The notes under the pieces: model-generated | Database searches by the model: none | Told to the model about the DNA's origin: nothing | What the model saw: only the letters and a program-made list of their open reading frames with translations | Made by a program: the position numbers and the translations under genes | NCBI RefSeq assembly: GCF_009914755.1 | Contig: NC_060946.1 | Source of the DNA: the human T2T-CHM13v2.0 reference genome, Homo sapiens | Strand: one strand, 5' to 3' | Length of the DNA: 64,000 bases | Shown: one piece after another, positions 25,100-39,100 of the stretch | Position numbering within the stretch: the stretch's first letter is position 1 | How the letters are laid out: every line of letters begins with the position of its first letter

Positions 25100-28000
25100 A
25101 AAAGAGTGTTTCAAAACTGCTCTGTAAAAAGAAAGGTTCAACTCTGTTAGTTGAGTACACACATCACAAACAAGTTTCACAGAATGCTTCTTTCTAGCTT
25201 GTAGGGGAAGATATTCCCTTTATCACCATGGGCCTCCAAACGTCCGAAACGTCCACTTCCATATACTACAAAAAGAGCGTTTCAAACCTGCTCTAGGAAA
25301 GGCAATGTTCAACTCTGTGACTTGAATGCAGACATCACAGAGCAGTTTCTGAGAATGCTTCTGTCTAGATTTTATAGGAAGATATTCCCGTTTCCAACGA
25401 AATCTTCACAGCTATCCAAATATCCACTTGCAGATTCTACAAAAAGAGTGTATCAAAACTGCTCTGTCAAAAGGAAGGTTCTTCTCTGTTAGGTGAGTGC
25501 ATACGTCATAAAGGAGTTTCTGAGAATGTTTCTGTCTAGTGGTTATGGGAAGATATTTGCTTTTTCACCGTAGGCCTCAGAGCGCTCCAAATATCCACTT
25601 GCACATACTACAAAAAGAGTGCCTCAAAGCTGCTCTCTGAAACGGAATGTTCAACTCTATGAGTTGAATGCAAACATCACAAAGACGTTTCTGAGAATGC
25701 TTCTGTCTAGATTTGATATGAAGATATTCCCGTTTCCAACGAAATCTTCAAATCTATCCAAATGTCCACTTGCAGATTCAACAAAAAGTGTTTTTCAGAA
25801 CTGCTCTATCAAAAGAAAGATCCACCTCTGTTAGCTGAGTTCACACATCACAAACAAGTTTATGAGAATGCTTCTGTCTAGTTTTTATTTGAAGATATTT
25901 CCTTTCTCACCATAGACCTGAAAGCTGTCCTAATGTTCACTTCCAGATACTACAGAAAGAGTGTTTCAAAACTGCTGTACGAAAGGGAATGTTCAACTCT
26001 GTGACTTGAATGCACACATCACAAAGAAGTTTCTGAGGATGCTGCTGTCTACTTTTTATACGTAATCCCGTTTCCAACGAAATCCTCCAAGCTATCCAAA
26101 TATCCACTTGCAGATTCCACAGAAAGACTGTTTCAAAACTGCTCTGTCAATAGAAAGGTTCAACTCTGTTAGCTGCGTGCATATATCCCAAAGAAGATTC
26201 TGAGATTCCTTCTGTCTAGTTTTTATGGGAAGATATTTCCCTTTTCACCGTAGGCGTCAAGGCGCTCCAAATGTCCACTTCCAGATACTACAAAAAGAGT
26301 GTTTCAAACCTACTCTGTGAAAGGGAATATTCAACTCTGTGACTTGAATGCACATATCACAAAGAAGTTTCTGAGAATGCTTCTGTCGAGATTTTATATG
26401 AAGATATTCCCGTTTCCAACGAAATCCTGAAATCTATCCAAATATCCCCTCGCAGATTCTACAAAAAGAGTGTTTCAAAACTGCTCTGTAAAAAGAAAGG
26501 TTCAACTCTGTTAGTTGAGTACACACATCACAAACAAGTTTCACAGAATGCTTCTTTCTAGCTTGTAGGGGAAGATATTCCCTTTATCACCATGGTCCTC
26601 AAACCGTCCGAAACGTCCACTTCCATATACTACAAAAAGAGCGTTTCAAACCTGCTCTAGGAAAGGCAATGTTCAACTCTGTGACTTGAATGCAGACATC
26701 ACAGAACAGTTTCTGAGAATGCTTCTGTCTAGATTTTATAGGAAGATATTCCCGTTTCCAACGAAATCTTCACAGCTATCCAAATATCCACTTGCAGATT
26801 CTACAAAAAGAGTGTATCAAAACTGCTCTGTCAAAAGGAAGGTTCTTCTCTGTTAGGTGAGTGCATACGTCATAAAGGAGTTTCTGAGAATGTTTCTGTC
26901 TAGTGGTTATGGGAAGATATTTGCTTTTTCACCGTAGGCCTCAGAGCGCTCCAAATATCCACTTGCACATACTACAAAAAGAGTGCCTCAAAGCTGCTCT
27001 CTGAAACGGAATGTTCAACTCTATGAGTTGAATGCAAACATCACAAAGACGTTTCTGAGAATGCTTCTGTCTAGATTTGATATGAAGATATTCCCGTTTC
27101 CAACGAAATCTTCAAATCTATCCAAATGTCCACTTGCAGATTCAACAAAATGTGTTTTTCAGAACTGCTCTATCAAAAGAAAGATCCACCTCTGTTAGCT
27201 GAGTTCACACATCACAAACAAGTTTATGAGAATGCTTCTGTCTAGTTTTTATTTGAAGATATTTCCTTTCTCACCATAGACCTGAAAGCTGTCCTAATGT
27301 TCACTTCCAGATACTACAGAAAGAGTGTTTCAAAACTGCTGTACGAAAGGGAATGTTCAACTCTGTGACTTGAATGCACACATCACAAAGAAGTTTCTGA
27401 GGATGCTGCTGTCTACTTTTTATACGTAATCCCGTTTCCAACGAAATCCTCCAAGCTATCCAAATATCCACTTGCAGATTCCACAGAAAGACTGTTTCAA
27501 AACTGCTCTGTCAATAGAAAGGTTCAACTCTGTTAGCTGCGTGCATATATCCCAAAGAAGATTCTGAGATTGCTTCTGTCTAGTTTTTATGGGAAGATAT
27601 TTCCCTTTTCACCGTAGGCGTCAAGGCGCTCCAAATGTCCACTTCCAGATACTACAAAAAGAGTGTTTCAAACCTACTCTGTGAAAGCGAATATTCAACT
27701 CTGTGACTTGAATGCACATATCACAAAGAAGTTTCTGAGAATGCTTCTGTCGAGATTTTATATGAAGATATTCCCGTTTCCAACGAAATCCTGAAATCTA
27801 TCCAAATATCCCCTCGCAGATTCTACAAAAAGAGTGTTTCAAAACTGCTCTGTAAAAAGAAAGGTTCAACTCTGTTAGTTGAGTACACACATCACAAACA
27901 AGTTTCACAGAATGCTTCTTTCTAGCTTGTAGGGGAAGATATTCCCTTTATCACCATGGGCCTCCAACCGTCCGAAACGTCCACTTCCATATACTACCAA

Positions 28001-31000
28001 AAGAGCGTTTCAAACCTGCTCTAGGAAAGGCAATGTTCAACTCTGTGACTTGAATGCAGACATCACAGAGCAGTTTCTGAGAATGCTTCTGTCTAGATTT
28101 TATAGGAAGATATTCCCGTTTCCAACGAAATCTTCACAGCTATCCAAATATCCACTTGCAGATTCTACAAAAAGAGTGTATCAAAACTGCTCTGTCAAAA
28201 GGAAGGTTCTTCTCTGTTAGGTGAGTGCATACGTCATAAAGGAGTTTCTGAGAATGTTTCTGTCTAGTGGTTATGGGAAGATATTTGCTTTTTCACCGTA
28301 GGCCTCAGAGCGCTCCAAATATCCACTTGCACATACTACAAAAAGAGTGCCTCAAAGCTGCTCTCTGAAACGGAATGTTCAACTCTATGAGTTGAATGCA
28401 AACATCACAAAGACGTTTCTGAGAATGCTTCTGTCTAGATTTGATATGAAGATATTCCCGTTTCCAACGAAATCTTCAAATCTATCCAAATGTCCACTTG
28501 CAGATTCAACAAAAAGTGTTTTTCAGAACTGCTCTATCAAAAGAAAGATCCACCTCTGTTAGCTGAGTTCACACATCACAAACAAGTTTATGAGAATGCT
28601 TCTGTCTAGTTTTTATTTGAAGATATTTCCTTTCTCACCATAGACCTGAAAGCTGTCCTAATGTTCACTTCCAGATACTACAGAAAGAGTGTTTCAAAAC
28701 TGCTGTACGAAAGGGAATGTTCAACTCTGTGACTTGAATGCACACATCACAAAGAAGTTTCTGAGGATGCTGCTGTCTACTTTTTATACGTAATCCCGTT
28801 TCCAACGAAATCCTCCAAGCTATCCAAATATCCACTTGCAGATTCCACAGAAAGACTGTTTCAAAACTGCTCTGTCAATAGAAAGGTTCAACTCTGTTAG
28901 CTGCGTGCATATATCCCAAAGAAGATTCTGAGATTGCTTCTGTCTAGTTTTTATGGGAAGATATTTCCCTTTTCACCGTAGGCGTCAAGGCGCTCCAAAT
29001 GTCCACTTCCAGATACTACAAAAAGAGTGTTTCAAACCTACTCTGTGAAAGGGAATATTCAACTCTGTGACTTGAATGCACATATCACAAAGAAGTTTCT
29101 GAGAATGCTTCTGTCGAGATTTTATATGAAGATATTCCCGTTTCCAACGAAATCCTGAAATCTATCCAAATATCCCCTCGCAGATTCTACAAAAAGAGTG
29201 TTTCAAAACTGCTCTGTAAAAAGAAAGGTTCAACTCTGTTAGTTGAGTACACACATCACAAACAAGTTTCACAGAATGCTTCTTTCTAGCTTGTAGGGGA
29301 AGATATTCCCTTTATCACCATGGGCCTCCAACCGTCCGAAACGTCCACTTCCATATACTACAAAAAGAGCGTTTCAAACCTGCTCTATGAAAGGCAATGT
29401 TCAACTCTGTGACTTGAATGCAGACATCACAGAGCAGTTTCTGAGAATGCTTCTGTCTAGATTTTATAGGAAGATATTCCCGTTTCCAACGAAATCTTCA
29501 CAGCTATCCAAATATCCACTTGCAGATTCTACAAAAAGAGTGTATCAAAACTGCTCTGTCAAAAGGAAGGTTCTTCTCTGTTAGGTGAGTGCATACGTCA
29601 TAAAGGAGTTTCTGAGAATGTTTCTGTCTAGTGGTTATGGGAAGATATTTGCTTTTTCACCGTAGGCCTCAGAGCGCTCCAAATATCCACTTGCACATAC
29701 TACAAAAAGAGTGCCTCAAAGCTGCTCTTTGAAACGGAATGTTCAACTCTATGAGTTGAATGCAAACATCACAAAGACGTTTCTGAGAATGCTTCTGTCT
29801 AGATTTGATATGAAGATATTCCCGTTTCCAACGAAATCTTCAAATCTATCCAAATGTCCACTTGCAGATTCAACAAAAAGTGTTTTTCAGAACTGCTCTA
29901 TCAAAAGAAAGATCCACATCTGTTAGCTGAGTTCACACATCACAAACAAGTTTATGAGAATGCTTCTGTCTAGTTTTTATTTGAAGATATTTCCTTTCTC
30001 ACCATAGACCTGAAAGCTGTCCTAATGTTCACTTCCAGATACTACAGAAAGAGTGTTTCAAAACTGCTGTATGAAAGGGAATGTTCAACTCTGTGACTTG
30101 AATGCACACATCACAAAGAAGTTTCTGAGGATGCTGCTGTCTACTTTTTATATGTAATCCGGTTTCCAACGAAATCCTCCAAGCTATCCAAATATCCACT
30201 TGCAGATTCCACAGAAAGACTGTTTCAAAACTGCTCTGTCAATAGAAAGGTTCAACTCTGTTAGCTGCGTGCATATATCCCAAAGAAGATTCTGAGATTG
30301 CTTCTGTCTAGTTTTTATGGGAAGATATTTCCCTTTTCACCGTAGGCGTCAAGGCGCTCCAAATGTCCACTTCCAGATACTACAAAAAGAGTGTTTCAAA
30401 CCTACTCTGTGAAAGGGAATATTCAACTCTGTGACTTGAATGCACATATCACAAAGAAGTTTCTGAGAATGCTTCTGTCGAGATTTTATATGAAGATATT
30501 CCCGTTTCCAACGAAATCCTGAAATCTATCCAAATATCCCCTCGCAGATTCTACAAAAAGAGTGTTTCAAAACTGCTCTGTAAAAAGAAAGGTTCAACTC
30601 TGTTAGTTGAGTACACACATCACAAACAAGTTTCACAGAATGCTTCTTTCTAGCTTGTAGGGGAAGATATTCCCTTTATCACCATGGGCCTCCAAACGTC
30701 CGAAACGTCCACTTCCATATACTACAAAAAGAGCGTTTCAAACCTGCTCTAGGAAAGGCAATGTTCAACTCTGTGACTTGAATGCAGACATCACAGAGCA
30801 GTTTCTGAGAATGCTTCTGTCTAGATTTTATAGGAAGATATTCCCGTTTCCAACGAAATCTTCACAGCTATCCAAATATCCACTTGCAGATTCTACAAAA
30901 AGAGTGTATCAAAACTGCTCTGTCAAAAGGAAGGTTCTTCTCTGTTAGGTGAGTGCATACGTCATAAAGGAGTTTCTGAGAATGTTTCTGTCTAGTGGTT

Positions 31001-34000
31001 ATGGGAAGATATTTGCTTTTTCACCGTAGGCCTCAGAGCGCTCCAAATATCCACTTGCACATACTACAAAAAGAGTGCCTCAAAGCTGCTCTCTGAAACG
31101 GAATGTTCAACTCTATGAGTTGAATGCAAACATCACAAAGACGTTTCTGAGAATGCTTCTGTCTAGATTTGATATGAAGATATTCCCGTTTCCAACGAAA
31201 TCTTCAAATCTATCCAAATGTCCACTTGCAGATTCAACAAAAAGTGTTTTTCAGAACTGCTCTATCAAAAGAAAGATCCACCTCTGTTAGCTGAGTTCAC
31301 ACATCACAAACAAGTTTATGAGAATGCTTCTGTCTAGTTTTTATTTGAAGATATTTCCTTTCTCACCATAGACCTGAAAGCTGTCCTAATGTTCACTTCC
31401 AGATACTACAGAAAGAGTGTTTCAAAACTGCTGTACGAAAGGGAATGTTCAACTCTGTGACTTGAATGCACACATCACAAAGAAGTTTCTGAGGATGCTG
31501 CTGTCTACTTTTTATACGTAATCCCGTTTCCAACGAAATCCTCCAAGCTATCCAAATATCCACTTGCAGATTCCACAGAAAGACTGTTTCAAAACTGCTC
31601 TGTCAATAGAAAGGTTCAACTCTGTTAGCTGCGTGCATATATCCCAAAGAAGATTCTGAGATTCCTTCTGTCTAGTTTTTATGGGAAGATATTTCCCTTT
31701 TCACCGTAGGCGTCAAGGCGCTCCAAATGTCCACTTCCAGATACTACAAAAAGAGTGTTTCAAACCTACTCTGTGAAAGGGAATATTCAACTCTGTGACT
31801 TGAATGCACATATCACAAAGAAGTTTCTGAGAATGCTTCTGTCGAGATTTTATATGAAGATATTCCCGTTTCCAACGAAATCCTGAAATCTATCCAAATA
31901 TCCCCTCGCAGATTCTACAAAAAGAGTGTTTCAAAACTGCTCTGTAAAAAGAAAGGTTCAACTCTGTTAGTTGAGTACACACATCACAAACAAGTTTCAC
32001 AGAATGCTTCTTTCTAGCTTGTAGGGGAAGATATTCCCTTTATCACCATGGTCCTCAAACCGTCCGAAACGTCCACTTCCATATACTACAAAAAGAGCGT
32101 TTCAAACCTGCTCTAGGAAAGGCAATGTTCAACTCTGTGACTTGAATGCAGACATCACAGAACAGTTTCTGAGAATGCTTCTGTCTAGATTTTATAGGAA
32201 GATATTCCCGTTTCCAACGAAATCTTCACAGCTATCCAAATATCCACTTGCAGATTCTACAAAAAGAGTGTATCAAAACTGCTCTGTCAAAAGGAAGGTT
32301 CTTCTCTGTTAGGTGAGTGCATACGTCATAAAGGAGTTTCTGAGAATGTTTCTGTCTAGTGGTTATGGGAAGATATTTGCTTTTTCACCGTAGGCCTCAG
32401 AGCGCTCCAAATATCCACTTGCACATACTACAAAAAGAGTGCCTCAAAGCTGCTCTCTGAAACGGAATGTTCAACTCTATGAGTTGAATGCAAACATCAC
32501 AAAGACGTTTCTGAGAATGCTTCTGTCTAGATTTGATATGAAGATATTCCCGTTTCCAACGAAATCTTCAAATCTATCCAAATGTCCACTTGCAGATTCA
32601 ACAAAAAGTGTTTTTCAGAACTGCTCTATCAAAAGAAAGATCCACCTCTGTTAGCTGAGTTCACACATCACAAACAAGTTTATGAGAATGCTTCTGTCTA
32701 GTTTTTATTTGAAGATATTTCCTTTCTCACCATAGACCTGAAAGCTGTCCTAATGTTCACTTCCAGATACTACAGAAAGAGTGTTTCAAAACTGCTGTAC
32801 GAAAGGGAATGTTCAACTCTGTGACTTGAATGCACACATCACAAAGAAGTTTCTGAGGATGCTGCTGTCTACTTTTTATACGTAATCCCGTTTCCAACGA
32901 AATCCTCCAAGCTATCCAAATATCCACTTGCAGATTCCACAGAAAGACTGTTTCAAAACTGCTCTGTCAATAGAAAGGTTCAACTCTGTTAGCTGCGTGC
33001 ATATATCCCAAAGAAGATTCTGAGATTGCTTCTGTCTAGTTTTTATGGGAAGATATTTCCCTTTTCACCGTAGGCGTCAAGGCGCTCCAAATGTCCACTT
33101 CCAGATACTACAAAAAGAGTGTTTCAAACCTACTCTGTGAAAGCGAATATTCAACTCTGTGACTTGAATGCACATATCACAAAGAAGTTTCTGAGAATGC
33201 TTCTGTCGAGATTTTATATGAAGATATTCCCGTTTCCAACGAAATCCTGAAATCTATCCAAATATCCCCTCGCAGATTCTACAAAAAGAGTGTTTCAAAA
33301 CTGCTCTGTAAAAAGAAAGGTTCAACTCTGTTAGTTGAGTACACACATCACAAACAAGTTTCACAGAATGCTTCTTTCTAGCTTGTAGGGGAAGATATTC
33401 CCTTTATCACCATGGGCCTCCAACCGTCCGAAACGTCCACTTCCATATACTACCAAAAGAGCGTTTCAAACCTGCTCTAGGAAAGGCAATGTTCAACTCT
33501 GTGACTTGAATGCAGACATCACAGAGCAGTTTCTGAGAATGCTTCTGTCTAGATTTTATAGGAAGATATTCCCGTTTCCAACGAAATCTTCACAGCTATC
33601 CAAATATCCACTTGCAGATTCTACAAAAAGAGTGTATCAAAACTGCTCTGTCAAAAGGAAGGTTCTTCTCTGTTAGGTGAGTGCATACGTCATAAAGGAG
33701 TTTCTGAGAATGTTTCTGTCTAGTGGTTATGGGAAGATATTTGCTTTTTCACCGTAGGCCTCAGAGCGCTCCAAATATCCACTTGCACATACTACAAAAA
33801 GAGTGCCTCAAAGCTGCTCTCTGAAACGGAATGTTCAACTCTATGAGTTGAATGCAAACATCACAAAGACGTTTCTGAGAATGCTTCTGTCTAGATTTGA
33901 TATGAAGATATTCCCGTTTCCAACGAAATCTTCAAATCTATCCAAATGTCCACTTGCAGATTCAACAAAAAGTGTTTTTCAGAACTGCTCTATCAAAAGA

Positions 34001-36100
34001 AAGATCCACCTCTGTTAGCTGAGTTCACACATCACAAACAAGTTTATGAGAATGCTTCTGTCTAGTTTTTATTTGAAGATATTTCCTTTCTCACCATAGA
34101 CCTGAAAGCTGTCCTAATGTTCACTTCCAGATACTACAGAAAGAGTGTTTCAAAACTGCTGTACGAAAGGGAATGTTCAACTCTGTGACTTGAATGCACA
34201 CATCACAAAGAAGTTTCTGAGGATGCTGCTGTCTACTTTTTATACGTAATCCCGTTTCCAACGAAATCCTCCAAGCTATCCAAATATCCACTTGCAGATT
34301 CCACAGAAAGACTGTTTCAAAACTGCTCTGTCAATAGAAAGGTTCAACTCTGTTAGCTGCGTGCATATATCCCAAAGAAGATTCTGAGATTGCTTCTGTC
34401 TAGTTTTTATGGGAAGATATTTCCCTTTTCACCGTAGGCGTCAAGGCGCTCCAAATGTCCACTTCCAGATACTACAAAAAGAGTGTTTCAAACCTACTCT
34501 GTGAAAGGGAATATTCAACTCTGTGACTTGAATGCACATATCACAAAGAAGTTTCTGAGAATGCTTCTGTCGAGATTTTATATGAAGATATTCCCGTTTC
34601 CAACGAAATCCTGAAATCTATCCAAATATCCCCTCGCAGATTCTACAAAAAGAGTGTTTCAAAACTGCTCTGTAAAAAGAAAGGTTCAACTCTGTTAGTT
34701 GAGTACACACATCACAAACAAGTTTCACAGAATGCTTCTTTCTAGCTTGTAGGGGAAGATATTCCCTTTATCACCATGGGCCTCCAACCGTCCGAAACGT
34801 CCACTTCCATATACTACAAAAAGAGCGTTTCAAACCTGCTCTATGAAAGGCAATGTTCAACTCTGTGACTTGAATGCAGACATCGCAGAGCAGTTTCTGA
34901 GAATGCTTCTGTCTAGATTTTATAGGAAGATATTCCCGTTTCCAACGAAATCTTCACAGCTATCCAAATATCCACTTGCAGATTCTACAAAAAGAGTGTA
35001 TCAAAACTGCTCTGTCAAAAGGAAGGTTCTTCTCTGTTAGGTGAGTGCATACGTCATAAAGGAGTTTCTGAGAATGTTTCTGTCTAGTGGTTATGGGAAG
35101 ATATTTGCTTTTTCACCGTAGGCCTCAGAGCGCTCCAAATATCCACTTGCACATACTACAAAAAGAGTGCCTCAAAGCTGCTCTTTGAAACGGAATGTTC
35201 AACTCTATGAGTTGAATGCAAACATCACAAAGACGTTTCTGAGAATGCTTCTGTCTAGATTTGATATGAAGATATTCCCGTTTCCAACGAAATCTTCAAA
35301 TCTATCCAAATGTCCACTTGCAGATTCAACAAAAAGTGTTTTTCAGAACTGCTCTATCAAAAGAAAGATCCACATCTGTTAGCTGAGTTCACACATCACA
35401 AACAAGTTTATGAGAATGCTTCTGTCTAGTTTTTATTTGAAGATATTTCCTTTCTCACCATAGACCTGAAAGCTGTCCTAATGTTCACTTCCAGATACTA
35501 CAGAAAGAGTGTTTCAAAACTGCTGTATGAAAGGGAATTTTCAACTCTGTGACTTGAATGCACACATCACAAAGAAGTTTCTGAGGATGCTGCTGTCTAC
35601 TTTTTATATGTAATCCCGTTTCCAACGAAATCCTCCAAGCTATCCAAATATCCACTTGCAGATTTCACAGAAAGACTGTTTCAAAACTGCTCTGTCAATA
35701 GAAATGTTCAACTCTGTTAGCTGCGTGCATATATCCCAAAGAAGATTCTGAGATTGCTTCTGTCTAGTTTTTATGGGAAGATATTTCCCTTTTCACCGTA
35801 GGCGTCAAGGCGCTCCAAATGTCCACTTCCAGATACTACAAAAAGAGTGTTTCAAACCTACTCTGTGAAAGGGAATATTCAACTCTGTGACTTGAATGCA
35901 CATATCACAAAGAAGTTTCTGAGAATGCTTCTGTCGAGATTTTATATGAAGATATTCCCGTTTCCAACGAAATCCTGAAATCTATCCAAATATCCCCTCG
36001 CAGATTCTACAAAAAGAGTGTTTCAAAACTGCTCTGTAAAAAGAAAGGTTCAACTCTGTTAGTTGAGTACACACATCACAAACAAGTTTCACAGAATGCT
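25100..36100. repeat. Multi-HOR block duplication, period 5456 bp (copies ~20-23 vs ~24-27)
   Basis: Ordered SNV haplotypes recur at offset 5456 (ctccaaac 25240/30696; ORFs 29387/34843 and the KIHIC ORFs 29711/35167). Boundaries are approximate. Confidence 0.82.
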
Positions 36101-39100
36101 TCTTTCTAGCTTGTAGGGGAAGATATTCCCTTTATCACCATGGGCCTCCAACCGTCCGAAACGTCCACTTCCATATACTACAAAAAGAGCGTTTCAAACC
36201 TGCTCTAGGAAAGGCAATGTTCAACTCTGTGACTTGAATGCAGACATCACAGAGCAGTTTCTGAGAATGCTTCTGTCTAGATTTTATAGGAAGATATTCC
36301 CGTTTCCAACGAAATCTTCACAGCTATCCAAATATCCACTTGCAGATTCTACAAAAAGAGTGTATCAAAACTGCTCTGTCAAAAGGAAGGTTCTTCTCTG
36401 TTAGGTGAGTGCATACGTCATAAAGGAGTTTCTGAGAATGTTTCTGTCTAGTGGTTATGGGAAGATATTTGCTTTTTCACCGTAGGCCTCAGAGCGCTCC
36501 AAATATCCACTTGCACATACTACAAAAAGAGTGCCTCAAAGCTGCTCTCTGAAACGGAATGTTCAACTCTATGAGTTGAATGCAAACATCACAAAGACGT
36601 TTCTGAGAATGCTTCTGTCTAGATTTGATATGAAGATATTCCCGTTTCCAACGAAATCTTCAAATCTATCCAAATGTCCACTTGCAGATTCAACAAAAAG
36701 TGTTTTTCAGAACTGCTCTATCAAAAGAAAGATCCACCTCTGTTAGCTGAGTTCACACATCACAAACAAGTTTATGAGAATGCTTCTGTCTAGTTTTTAT
36801 TTGAAGATATTTCCTTTCTCACCATAGACCTGAAAGCTGTCCTAATGTTCACTTCCAGATACTACAGAAAGAGTGTTTCAAAACTGCTGTACGAAAGGGA
36901 ATGTTCAACTCTGTGACTTGAATGCACACATCACAAAGAAGTTTCTGAGGATGCTGCTGTCTACTTTTTATACGTAATCCCGTTTCCAACGAAATCCTCC
37001 AAGCTATCCAAATATCCACTTGCAGATTCCACAGAAAGACTGTTTCAAAACTGCTCTGTCAATAGAAAGGTTCAACTCTGTTAGCTGCGTGCATATATCC
37101 CAAAGAAGATTCTGAGATTCCTTCTGTCTAGTTTTTATGGGAAGATATTTCCCTTTTCACCGTAGGCGTCAAGGCGCTCCAAATGTCCACTTCCAGATAC
37201 TACAAAAAGAGTGTTTCAAACCTACTCTGTGAAAGGGAATATTCAACTCTGTGACTTGAATGCACATATCACAAAGAAGTTTCTGAGAATGCTTCTGTCG
37301 AGATTTTATATGAAGATATTCCCGTTTCCAACGAAATCCTGAAATCTATCCAAATATCCCCTCGCAGATTCTACAAAAAGAGTGTTTCAAAACTGCTCTG
37401 TAAAAAGAAAGGTTCAACTCTGTTAGTTGAGTACACACATCACAAACAAGTTTCACAGAATGCTTCTTTCTAGCTTGTAGGGGAAGATATTCCCTTTATC
37501 ACCATGGTCCTCAAACCGTCCGAAACGTCCACTTCCATATACTACAAAAAGAGCGTTTCAAACCTGCTCTAGGAAAGGCAATGTTCAACTCTGTGACTTG
37601 AATGCAGACATCACAGAGCAGTTTCTGAGAATGCTTCTGTCTAGATTTTATAGGAAGATATTCCCGTTTCCAACGAAATCTTCACAGCTATCCAAATATC
37701 CACTTGCAGATTCTACAAAAAGAGTGTATCAAAACTGCTCTGTCAAAAGGAAGGTTCTTCTCTGTTAGGTGAGTGCATACGTCATAAAGGAGTTTCTGAG
37801 AATGTTTCTGTCTAGTGGTTATGGGAAGATATTTGCTTTTTCACCGTAGGCCTCAGAGCGCTCCAAATATCCACTTGCACATACTACAAAAAGAGTGCCT
37901 CAAAGCTGCTCTCTGAAACGGAATGTTCAACTCTATGAGTTGAATGCAAACATCACAAAGACGTTTCTGAGAATGCTTCTGTCTAGATTTGATATGAAGA
38001 TATTCCCGTTTCCAACGAAATCTTCAAATCTATCCAAATGTCCACTTGCAGATTCAACAAAAAGTGTTTTTCAGAACTGCTGTATCAAAAGAAAGATCCA
38101 CGTCTGTTAGCTGAGTTCACACATCACAAACAAGTTTATGAGAATGCTTCTGTCTAGTTTTTATTTGAAGATATTTCCTTTCTCACCATAGACCTGAAAG
38201 CTGTCCTAATGTTCACTTCCAGATACTACAGAAAGAGTGTTTCAAAACTGCTGTACGAAAGGGAATTTTCAACTCTGTGACTTGAATGCACACATCACAA
38301 AGAAGTTTCTGAGGATGCTGCTGTCTACTTTTTATACGTAATCCCGTTTCCAACGAAATCCTCCAAGCTATCCAAATATCCACTTGCAGATTCCACAGAA
38401 AGACTGTTTCAAAACTGCTCTGTCAATAGAAAGGTTCAACTCTGTTAGCTGCGTGCATATATCCCAAAGAAGATTCTGAGATTGCTTCTGTCTAGTTTTT
38501 ATGGGAAGATATTTCCCTTTTCACCGTAGGCGTCAAGGCGCTCCAAAGGTCCACTTCCAGATACTACAAAAAGAGTGTTTCAAACCTACTCTGTGAAAGG
38601 GAATATTCAACTCTGTGACTTGAATGCACATATCACAAAGAAGTTTCTGAGAATGCTTCTGTCGAGATTTTATATGAAGATATTCCCGTTTCCAACGAAA
38701 TCCTGAAATCTATCCAAATATCCCCTCGCAGATTCTACAAAAAGAGTGTTTCAAAACTGCTCTGTAAAAAGAAAGGTTCAACTCTGTTAGTTGAGTACAC
38801 ACATCACAAACAAGTTTCACAGAATGCTTCTTTCTAGCTTGTAGGGGAAGATATTCCCTTTATCACCATGGTCCTCAAACCGTCCGAAACGTCCACTTCC
38901 ATATACTACAAAAAGAGCGTTTCAAACCTGCTCTAGGAAAGGCAATGTTCAACTCTGTGACTTGAATGCAGACATCACAGAACAGTTTCTGAGAATGCTT
39001 CTGTCTAGATTTTATAGGAAGATATTCCCGTTTCCAACAAAATCTTCACAGCTATCCAAATATCCACTTGCAGATTCTACAAAAAGAGTGTATCAAAACT

